Shown here: piece after piece, positions 49,601 through 61,600 of the stretch | How the letters are laid out: every line of letters starts with the position of its first letter | How positions within the stretch are numbered: position 1 is the first letter of the stretch | DNA from: Amphiscolops sp. MND2022 | Lineage: Eukaryota | Assembly: GCA_964187785.1 (NCBI GenBank) | Contig: OZ076409.1 | Span: forward strand, 67,518,001-67,582,000 | Direction: 5' to 3' | DNA: 64,000 nucleotides | The notes under the pieces: model-generated | Seen by the model: the letters and a program-made list of their open reading frames with translations, nothing else | The model's database searches: none | Told to the model about the DNA's origin: nothing | Translations under genes and position numbers: made by a program

Positions 49601-52600
49601 ACGAATATTTGTGTAATATAATATTCATTTTGCATGATCATTATAAGAAAGGCAGAAGAACTTAAACTAAATCAATTTTACATCGAAGGAAATTGTTTTG
49701 ATTGACACGAAAAGTCCCAATGTACGAATAGAGATACTCATGACTGGTACCAAAATTAATGCATGTCATCAAATAATGGCAGATTGTGATGATCTGGCAG
49801 TTTGTTCAGAACTGGTACTAAACTTCGAAAGATACGAATATTTTGTGTGATATTGGTGTGTTTGTCTGTTTGTCTGAATCATTTTGAATTAATATACGAA
49901 AAGTAGTGCATAATATTATGTTTGTTCAGTGTTCCACTTGAATTTAATTAAAGAAGAGATGCCGCGTATCGCGTCAAGCATAAAGTCGTGGAATCCAAGA
50001 AATTTATGATTTCTGCAATCTGATTGGTTCATTTTGCAAAACTTACGTTTTTGTGGAATCCGGGACACCGCTGCATGCCGACAGTGCGTACAGCTAAGCA
50101 TTTGTTACTGCAATCCACGACGAAATCCGTGGAATCCGGGACAAATGACGTAATTTGCCAATTTTGCACGGTTAAAGATATGGTCGTGGATTCCGAGGTT
50201 TTGAAAGCACAATGTTGCGCTTTGAGCACATAAGGCTTGCCTGTGCACTCTAATGAACTACATCAACGTAGGTCCTTGTGGAATTGAAGTTTTTAGTGTC
50301 CAGTTGTGATGCATCAGTGGCAATATTCTGAGAAACTTCCTGCAATTTTGTGTTCAAGACCGTCTATGAATCTTAGCAAAGTAAAACCGGTGAAACCTTG
50401 TGGAGGACAGACGAACTGAATTTAGAAACTAATTAGTCTGCCTCATTTCTATTTATTGTCTAAATCGACAATGATGCACTTTATAGTATGTACCTGCCTG
50501 CCACATGAGTGCAGATGATGTTCTCCTTACATATTAATACAAAAAAAAGAACAGAGCTAGAGAATAATTAAATTTTACATGCTAAAGTCTTTTTAACAAG
50601 TATTCTAACGAGATACAACATGGCGCAGTCAGCGTAACCACAGAGTTACCAACGAACAAGTACTTAACTCCAAACATGGATGACAGTACAGTCAACACTC
50701 CAATGAATGGAGCCACAAACAGGACGTCAGACGAATCTCAACCAGGTGATCAACCGTTACCAAATGACACTCTAAACAGAAGCAATGAACGGACGTGTAC
50801 ACAGAAATTAACCATCCCAACATTGGAAAAACAAGATTACACCAACGCCAACATGTGGTGGCGGAAGTTCGTACAAAATATAAAAAGGACCAAGGATTTG
50901 GATCTTTCAAAGATGACGAACAACAAAGAAATACTGCCACAATACCGTGATCAATTGGAAACGGTGATAAAGGACATATTCCTATGGGCAATTGGACAGA
51001 ACGAAATCACGGAAATGACCAAAACGGTTAGAGAGAGAGAACCAAGCTCACTACCGTTATATAAACTATACACACAGTTTCGATTACATTTCACACCGGA
51101 GAGAAACGTCCAACACAGCCGAGCCGATTTCTTCGACCGAAAACGGGAAGACGGAGAGTCTACGGCGAATGTATGGAAACGAATACTAGAAGTCGAAAAA
51201 AACTGCGAATTTGAAACAATAACCGCGGCAGAACTTTTAGCATCAAAATTTCTGACCGTGATTGGGAAATCAATGGGTGATTACGACATCAAAAAGAAGA
51301 TCAGAAAAAGCGACATATCCATTGAGGCAATAACAGAAGCATTACAATAATACATGTATGAAAAATTAAACGACTCACCAGAAACAGAAGAAGAGAAGAA
51401 AATCGGATACCTCAATAAAAGGAAAACAAAGTGTACAAAAGAATTGTCGCAAAAATCGACAAAATTCAAGAAACTAGACTGCAATAGATGCGGAGCACCA
51501 AACTGGACAAGACAACACGAATGTCCAGCCAAAGGAAAGAAATGCGAAAAATGCGAGAAGATTGGACATTACGTAAAATATTGCAGAACAAACAAAAGAA
51601 TAAATCAAATACAATATGACGGCGCAAGCAGCGCGGAAGACGATGACTGGTCACCAAACACAATCCATTCAGTAAATCAAAAGGTCCATTCGACACGCCA
51701 AATCAAGAGGAATGGTCCGGAATTCTTCACCATCACCGCATTGGTGAACAACCGACCAATCAAATTCATAGTGGCAAGCGGTTCACCGGTAACCTTAGTT
51801 CCAAAATCACAGTTCAACGGAATAACACCATTAGGGCCAATCGGAACCGAATACAGAGACGTGAATGACAACCGGATAAAACTTGAAGAAAAAACAAGCA
51901 CCTCAGTAGAAATAAATGGCGAAAGAAACGACCTTGAAATACTGATAACCACAAGGAAAACCAATCCCCTATTAGGTTTGGACTGGATGGAAAAACTGGG
52001 TATAACACTGGATACCGGTAAGATCGGTCCACAAATAAACCAAATAACCGAGGACCTGGATATAACCATCCTGAAGAGGCGATTCAAAAAACGAAAACCA
52101 CACCGTAAACGGAATCGAAGTGAAAATACAGTTGAAAGATCATGCCAAGCTGATACAACAAAAGGGAAGGCCAATACCGATCCATCTACAACAATCGGTC
52201 GGAAAAAAGTAAATAAACTCATGAAACAAGGGCATATCAAAAAAGCAAATAACATTGACGAAAATGGTTTCGTTAGCCCGGCTGTAATCACAGTAAAAAA
52301 GAATAAGTCGGTAAAGATTGCATTAGACTCGCGAAAACTCAATGAAATTACCATTAGGCTCAAATGCCGAATATGGAGTAGTTAATCTCAAGAATTTCCA
52401 GAAAAATTGCGGAAGGCCCAGCAGACGAAATCTGGACCTGAAAACTTGATTTGGATTACGCGTACGGCCAGTTAATCCTATCCAGAGAAGCTCGGAACCT
52501 ATGCATCTTTGCCGTAACCAGAGGCGACTTCACCGGTTACTATCGTTTCCTGAAGGGTTTCTACGGTTTACCGGACATACCGACCATATTCCAGGAAAAG

Positions 52601-55600
52601 ATCGACCAGACACTGGAAAGCAAACATCCAGCATGGTTAGATGACATTACCATCGTCACAAAACGGTCGAAGAAACAACACAAAAACGAATTGCTTGAAG
52701 TACTAACCCGACTAGAAAACGCCGGTTACAGACTCAGCGAAAACAAATCCGAATTCTTCAAATCAGAAATCGAATGGATTGGCCACAAAGTAGACCAAAA
52801 CGGAATCAGACCGTTCCAAACAAACTAAAGGCGATAAAAACTCTGAAACGACCCAACAACGAAAAGGAACTAAAATCGTTCTTGGGGGCTATCCAATGTT
52901 TGTCTAAATACATAGACAACCTCTCCGCCCAAACGGACAGTTTAAGACAACTCCTAAAGAAAGACATGGATTGGATATGGACGAAAGAACACACCCACAT
53001 GGATTGGATATGGACGAAAGAACACACCCAGGCTTTCGAAAATATCAAACAGAAAATCACGGAAATACCGTGTTTGGCTCATTACAATTCAGACTACCCA
53101 AATATAATAACAACCGATGCCAGCACAAAAGGCCTCGGGGCAACACTTTGGCAAGAGCAACCAGATGGAAAATTAAAACTGATCGGTTTTGCCAGTCGAT
53201 TTCTCTCGGATACCGAGAAGAAATATGCAATCAATGAACTTGAATTACTGGCTGTAGTGTGGGGATTAGAACAATCCCGATTATACATTTACGGTAAACC
53301 GATCAAATTACCCACGGATCACCAAGCATTAGAACCGCTAATCAAAAGAAACTGATCCAATAAGACCTATAGCGCGGCTAACAGGATGGTTGGACCGGTT
53401 GGCACACTTTACTATCAACGTAAACCATATCGCCGGTAAACACTTAGCACTCACGGATTATTTGCGCAGAATTTCGTCACCGCCGCCGCAAACGGACGAA
53501 GCGTACGCCGAAGAATACGTCATCAATAACATCATGTAGCATTACAAGTTCATCTCCATACACGGTTGCCTTAGCAACCACGTTAACCAATCAGAGCGCG
53601 AGACGGTCGAAAGCGAACGCAAAGTAAATAACAAATCACGGCCGCAAGACACACATAAGCAAACTGCTATTGATTGCCTTAACAATTCAACGTTAACACG
53701 CCATACACCGATCAATACCGAAACCAAAATGGACGTCAAAACTATTGAAATATTAGCAGCGGTAAACTTTTCCGTCGAAATAACTCAACTAATCCAGCGA
53801 TGGAAAGAAATCGTAAAATCTGGCATCTACCGGATGACCGGAGGGAAGTAGAAAAAATACCACGAACCAAAATTTCTAAATTTCTACGTAACGAGCGAAA
53901 AGTAATCGAAGAAAGATTACAACAAATCATAAAGGGGCAAGAACAGGGAGACCTAAGACAGCGAATTGGTCCACAACACAGCGGAGGATTCCAACCACAG
54001 ACCAGAAGATCTGAACAATGGACCGTCGATCCATTCTGGTAGGTGGACAGACCAACACAGGTCCAACACGAAAATCGACCCGGCAACACGAAAATCGTCA
54101 GCCTCACCGGGCCAAGAGCTATTCGCCCCTATGCCAATGGAGGAAGGTGAAATCGAATCAGAGACGGAGCAAGACCCGTCAATCCTCGAAGTCCCCGCAA
54201 TAAAATGGGCACTCTATGTGGGGGTGAAAAGCGTGCAATACGTCAAACTGGGACACGCCCCGAAAATTGCAGCACAAGAGGAAAACAATTGGGACCTAAC
54301 ACAAGCCGTAAGAGAAACAGAAAGAAATTTCTCAACGGATTTGCAGCTGCTATTGAACGAAACTACAAATGACCCGACACTGTTGAAAACACTAGTCTGT
54401 CTTGAACGCCAACAACATGACCAAATCCCGGACGAATACTTACCACATAAAAAGAAATTGTTAAGCCGATTCGGCCTGGTCTTTATCAAAGACAAAATTA
54501 TTGTTCCCAAGAACCTCCGGACAACGATAATCAGTCTACTCCATAAAGGCCACCCCGCCATCAACAAAATGACAGCTGCTGCAAAACGCTTCTTGTGGCC
54601 GAAGATGACGGAAGCGATCCAAAAGAAATGCGAGTCGTGCATCCTGCAAAATGTCCGATAAGAACATTGAACCTAACATACCGAGTACGGAAAAGAACAA
54701 CCTTCCCCGGTTAGATAATCCAAACGAAGAAATCCAAGTGGATTTCATCGGACCAATCACGGTAGACAACCGTCGATTTCATTTTTTGCTGTCGATGAAC
54801 CGGTTCAGTAAGTGGCCAGCGGCAAGCTTTTGCACATGTACTGAAGGCGAAACGGCAATAAATGTTCTCGAACAGTACATCCAATTGAACGGAGTACCAA
54901 AAACAATAAGAACCGATAAGGCCATCGCCTTTACGGGACGCTTGTTTAGAGACTTTTGCAAAAAACATTACATCAAACTAATATACGGGACACCGTATAT
55001 CCATACCCCTACCGGCCTGGTAGAGCGGGGGGTCGGAACATTGAAGGAAAATCTGCTAACAAACATTTAAGCCAGAGAACGTTTCAGTAAGGCCTTGGAT
55101 TTATCGCTAGATGTAATGAGAAAAACACCACACTCACGTTTGAAAAAATCTGCTTTCGAACTGCATTACAGCCGAAAACCTAACACGGAAATAAGCAATC
55201 TACTGGAACTCGATAATTTGGAAAAAACTAATAAACCATTCCGTTTTAGCAAACACAGATACCTTGCAGGTATACTCATTCAATGGAGCTGGCGGTGTGT
55301 CTGACCAGCTGCCAATGAAACCGAAGAAAAACACAAAAGGAGTTAAAAAATTATCCTTTTTTATTTCTAGAAAAAAACATCAACGTAACATATTCGAAAG
55401 CGCTTACTCCGATAAACCACAACTAGCAGTATCGGGCACAAAACATACCGTACTACACCAAACGGAAGAATCCTCCACAGGAAAATGATTAGTAAACCCA
55501 TTTCTGAGTTTTCCCGGGAGCAGAACAACAGAGGGATTGGGCCAGGCGGACCAGACGGCCGATTTATCAGATCACCATCAAAACAAAAACGGGCGATGGT

Positions 55601-58600
55601 GCTAGAATCGGACAGCGAATCCGAGACGCCGTTGATGGACACAGAGAGTCCAAAACCCCAGAACAGCCGGCAAACACAACCATCAAGGGCGCATTCGGGA
55701 GAGGCAGACCAAAGCTGGTCCGAGACCAATCAAGCTCAAATTCCTCACAGACAACAACCACACCAGGCACACTAACGATAGTCGCCACGAATATGAAGGA
55801 CACGGAAGTAGACCGTGCCATAGAAGACACTAAACAAGCGGATCAAGAAAATTTAATCAGAGACGAAAACGGTAAGGTTTTTACTGACAACAACACTAAC
55901 TCATATACTTTAAAAGATAACTTTGAAAACTCTGATCTAGAACTAGCGAGCAATTTAAGCTCAAGTACCGATTTTGACACTGAAGAAAAGGAACCCGTAC
56001 GCAGATCGAAGAGACTGACAAAAACCAACCCAATTATTAGATATAATAATCCTGTTTGTCATGGTTACAGGAAACACCGTAAGAAGACTGAATTCGGAAA
56101 CAACACCGAATCAACTAACTGCACAACCGGAGGGGAAAGAAGACGATCTCTGGACCGGTCCAAAACAAACATTCAGACGTTACGGCCAATTCTCAACCGA
56201 AACGGACAAACTTGCCAGGAACGGTCAACCGTCCTCCATACACCGGACCAGTGGAGGAATAACCACCACAACAGGAAACACAACACCCCCATTGGCCAAA
56301 CATCAACCAATTGTAGAGTGGGGAATGTGGAGGACAGACGAACTGAATTTAGAAACTAATTAGTCTGCCTCATTTCTATTTATTGTCTATATCGACAAGG
56401 ATGCTATTTATAGTATGTACCTGCCTGCCACATAAGTGCAGATGATTTTCTCTCTTACATATTAATATAAAAAGAACAGAGCTAGAGAATAGTTGAATTT
56501 TACATGATAAACTCTTTTCAACAAGTATTCTAACGAGATACTACAAACCTCCAAACCATGCATAACTTTTGTCTTCTTCCATTATCTGCTTGCTTGGAGC
56601 CTCGAAAATGATTTTTTGATACCTTCCAGTTGGTCAAGAACACGTGCCAACGTTCATGTCGAAATATCGAAAAGATGTTTCCGAAAAAATGGCCCATTCA
56701 CAATGTTTTGCACAGAACATAAGGTTTGAATTGCTAATCAATTTGGAAAGTTTAGAGTGACCCGGTGCAATCGAAGTGGCTTGCCTCGAGTAAATTATGA
56801 GAGTAATTCAATCTTCCAAAATGAGTTTCCACCAAAAAAAATCATCAACGAGTTCGTTAATTGACTACTTTATAGTAATTTCCCATGTATGGAGAACATT
56901 GAGTTCATAAAAGAATCATACTATGATCATCATATGGTTTAAAAAATTTTTCTCTTGTATGATCATTGTATGGCTTAGCTGATTTTATACATCACTTTGA
57001 ATGATTTTTTATGATGTAGGGTATTGCGAAGGGGTTTTGTAAGGAGATCAACCCGGGTGAGCCCTCCAAAACACACAAAAACATCACAAAGTGCGAGTTC
57101 TTTGTTTTTTACTTCGTTACGACTGTTTTCAGCTGTTAATTTTTTGAAAAGCGTTTTCAGAAATGTGCTCATTATGAAAATTGGTACGAAATTGATCTGG
57201 GGAAATTTTCACGTGACCAGTAGATTTTGAAAAATTACGTACTAAACTTTGAAAAATTCCGAAATTCCTCAAATAATATGATATATAACTTTTTAAAATT
57301 TCTATCGAATTTTTAAAAATCCCTGTAATTTTGATCAAAATCTGAGAAACCTTTGCTTTTGGGATTTTTGTCAGATGCACGTCCTAAAAATATGCTTCTA
57401 AAGTTTTCGCCTGTGATCATAAACCAACAGTTCTGACAAATCTGTCTGGAATCGGAAAGTTTTTTTTCGAAAAAATGTATCGAAAAACATCTATGAAATT
57501 CTAAATCGAATTGGTAGCTACACATTCCATTTTTTGGAAGGTAATGCATTTTCAGAAATTTAGCATGCTGTTGGTTCAGCAAATTTTTTATGCTCTGAAG
57601 CTAAACACTTTTTAAACGAACTTTTTGTTCGCTGACTTCGTTTTTGGGTTGACCTTATTAGGCAAGAAAACAGTTCATTTCAGAACACTTCCTCAGAGTT
57701 GATTCACTTATCAAATTTTCAATCATTCTACAGGATATGTCATTCTTTGACGACAAAGAAAATTATGTGGGTGCTCTTCTGGCTCGACTGGCGACCGAAA
57801 CAGCTCTGGTTAAAGGAGCTACAGGTATCAGACTGAACGCTACCATTCAAGCTTTATCGGGTCTCGTTGTTTCCCTGATTATCGGCTTCTACTACAGCTG
57901 GCAAATCACACTGCTGTTGGTACTGGCCATTCCTATAATGATGGCTTTGGGAGGAGTCAGCATGAAGTTCCAGGCAGGTTTCCAGATGAACGCAGAGGCC
58001 GAAACGCGGAGCGGTGGAAAGGTCCAGTGATGTTTTCATAATAAAAAGGATGTTTTACTTTAAGAAACGTCTTGGGAATTGTCAGACCTACCGAAACTTC
58101 TTGATTGGACAACTCATTTCATTGGAATTCTAGAACACCAAATATTGCATGAAACAACATCATAATACCAATTCGAATAGATATTTATAAAACATTCCAG
58201 AGGACAATAAGGCTTTTCCAATTTGAGTTTGTACTGTGCTTCCAGGTCACAAATGACGCAATCGCGAGTATTCGAACTGTCCAAAGCTTCGGATTGGAGA
58301 AGACGTTTTTCAACCACTTCTACAGCTCTATAACTGTCACTCACAAGTACTGATTTCTGGAATGTTTCGTAGTTTAACAAAACGAACTTAACATGTACAA
58401 GGGTCATTCAAAAAACAATAATTTTCAAGCATATTAAAATCAAGGTCAATTAGATAAAACGAATTACATGTTGCCACGCCAGAGAAAAACTAGATCAGCT
58501 TCAGGGCCCTAACAGTCTAAAAACTTTCACAATGCTTCAGTGGAATTGATTAGAATTTTATCAAATTAAAGCTTCGGAACTCTATCATTGCTAGAAAACT

Positions 58601-61600
58601 GTTTTTTTTTCCGTTGCAGGGACAACTTGAAGTCAGCTCATTTGTACGGTATAGCACAGGGATTCCAACTTTCTATCATGTACTTCCTCTACGCGGCCCT
58701 CTTCAGACTAAGTGCCTGGCTCGTCACCAATGACTACATGCAGACTTCCAGTGACTGTTTCAGGTTTTCGTATCCCTGCCCAATCATCTGCCTGAAAATC
58801 ATTCCACCTGTCAAATTTGTTGAAATTCCTAACAGTTATGACAACTGTGACCTCCTGATTTGAGTTAGAAATAAACAAGAATTGATGAATCAAAATTAGG
58901 TCTGGTTATAAGTTGTTTGAATTTTGTAAATATTTGGATGTGATTTAAGATGAAACCAGCGTGATTCGAATGAACAAAATATTAATTCAATATTGTCAAT
59001 TATAATCAATTGGCACAGTGGCACTGCGATATTTTTCATATACTGCTTCAAAAGAAAAATTTTTCCTAACTGCTATTATCACAAAAACCCTGGTATTGTG
59101 ATTTTTCCGAAAACATTTTGTTTTTTTTGTTTTTTTTTCAAAAAGTCGCACATCCCCAAAAATGTGACCCTTCAGCCCCAAAAATCTTGTTTTATAAACT
59201 GAAAAATCAGAATAACAGAGCAGCAATATTTGGTGAGAAGAAAAATCAATAAAATTCCCACACAGCCGAAAAAAGTGTAGGTCTTTTCCACAGTTGTCCC
59301 ACAAGACCAAAAATTAAATGAAGAGACCATCCTTGTGACTCAAAAATGGGTATTGCTGATCAAAAAACCTCAGAAAAAACCCAAAAAAGTGCAAATTTTG
59401 AAAATAAATTCATTCGATGCGTCACACAATACCACTAAAACCTCTTAGGAGATCCTCTATAATTGCAAAACGCTTTGCTTCTGCTGAAAATCGAACGGAT
59501 CCATCCGGTTCAAAAATAAATCAGGAAAAAATTGCATAGTTCGGAAGATCCCCCAATGATCTCCACTTCCTGTACATTTGCATGCACAACTTTTTTCGTC
59601 TATTACGGATTCGAACGGACGTACACGCAGAGGAACTCACTCAGGTTAACCTTCCCAACATGTGGCTTTCAGCCTGGTATAAGAATGAAATTATGGCAGA
59701 AGAAAGTGTTAGAGGAAAAAAATTTGTGTGTTGGAAGAAAAATCAATTTTCAAAAATCATTCGTTCCTTAAGAAAACGGAAAACGAAATGTAAAAAAGCT
59801 TGAATTTTGCATTTTTGATAAAGAAAGGAAACAAAACCTGGCCTTGAAACTGTTAACAGGAGCAGTTAACCGAAAATACTGATGCTTATCTTTTTTTATA
59901 GCTCTCAGAAGTAAAGTGTCCTCCAAATCTATATAAATCACTGATCTCATCATTATATTTGATATTGTTTACTTTCGAGACCTGATTATCCATTCCGAAC
60001 TATATTACGAAATTTCGCATTATTTAGGGTTATTTACGCCATCGTGATGTCTGCAACAGCCATTGGCCATGCCACTGCTACAATGCCTGACATGGTGAAA
60101 GCACAAAAAGCTGCGCAGTCAATCATGAATCTCCTCAAGTTGGATCCCAAAATTGACAACCTCAGTGAAGAAGGTGACACAACATGGACTCCAGAGAGTG
60201 ATAAGAACACTCATATCGAGTTCAGAAACGTCCATTTCCGCTACCCAGCAAGACCCAAGTACGAGGTTCTGCACGGTTTGAACTTGAAAGTACCCAGAGG
60301 CAAATCTGTCGCTTTTGTGGGTCCTTCGGGTGCTGGAAAGTCGACGGTGATGCAACTGGTACAAAGATTCTATGATCCTGAGCAGGGTCAAATTGTTAGT
60401 TGCAGAGCATTTGATTTTCGATCGAAGTTGATTTTTCTCAGCCTCAAGAACACATGTTTGGCAGCTCTGTGATAGAAAACTGCTTTGTTCACTAATTGCA
60501 TTTAGAGAAAACTATTGATATATTATTTCAACCAAAAAGTAACAGAACAATCTCAACTGAAATTATTCCACAAATCTGAAAACAAACTATGCATCTAAAA
60601 TGGCGATTGCAAAACAAGTTTCTCCAACGCTCTTCTAGGTGGTTGGGCGACAATTCGTCCCAAGCGACGATTCGTCCCAAGCGACGATTCGTCCCAAGCG
60701 ACAATTCGTCCCAAATTCCAAAAAGCGACAATTCGTCCCAAGGGTCAATTCGTCCCATTTTGAAAAGGCGACAATTCGTCCCATTTGTAAAAAGCGACAA
60801 TTCGTCCCAAATTGTTTAATTGATCAGCTAATTACCAATTTTTTGAAGTTTGAAATGAAAGAAATAATCAAACCAACTACAAATGAATTCATTCAACCAC
60901 GTGAGAATAATTAGAAAAGGTTGAATTTTAACGTACTAGTCGTGGAATGTTAAAATTAATTGTTGGCTCCTACCTCTAATTGTAATCTTTCCGGATTCAT
61001 TATTACAAAGGTCTTTAATGGCAATTAAATTGGGGACAAATTGCAGCTTTTAATAATTGGGACGAATTGTCGCCTTTTCAAAATGGGACGAATTGTCGCT
61101 TTTTGGAATTTGGGACGAATTGTCGCTCTGGACGAATCGTCGCTTGGGACGAATTGTCGCTTTACGCTTCTAGGTTCCTTTCAATTAATTCACGATTTAG
61201 GCTAAATCGACGCCCGCTCATTTAGGCTAATTCGACGTCCGCAAACTTTTATAATAAGCGCGAAAACAATTGTTCAGAAAACTGTCATGAATACAATTTC
61301 ACCAAAAGTAATCGAAGAGGGCACCCTTGAACTCAAAAACCACCTTTCTTTAATTAAAAACTTCATAAAACATTCGGCAAAACAGCGGCGTAAAAATTCG
61401 AGAAAACTTGAACAGTTACAAAAAAATATAAAAAGAGAGAACTTGTAGGCTCGCAAAGCTGAATAACTTCAAGAACTTCAAACGACTTTCAATCAACAGA
61501 GACTTAGGTTCACAAATTAAATGAAATGAGCGACTTCAGTACGAAAAGGGGCCGTATTTTAACGCAGTTCAAATGACAGAAAATGGATAATTTTCTATTC

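Noticed and set aside
49205-49850. 230-bp repeats as possible tandem ncRNA genes
   Set aside because: No tRNA, snRNA or 5S features visible; simple tandem amplification inside a MITE
60528-60914. ORFs with WDELS / DNSSQ / RQFVP peptide repeats
   Set aside because: Translations of the foldback element's DNA repeats
60641-61166. Regularly repeated 16-bp units with short spacers resembling a CRISPR array
   Set aside because: Spacers are 1-11 nt and recur, the array is mirrored as an inverted arm, there are no cas genes, and the context is a eukaryotic intron; fits a foldback TE
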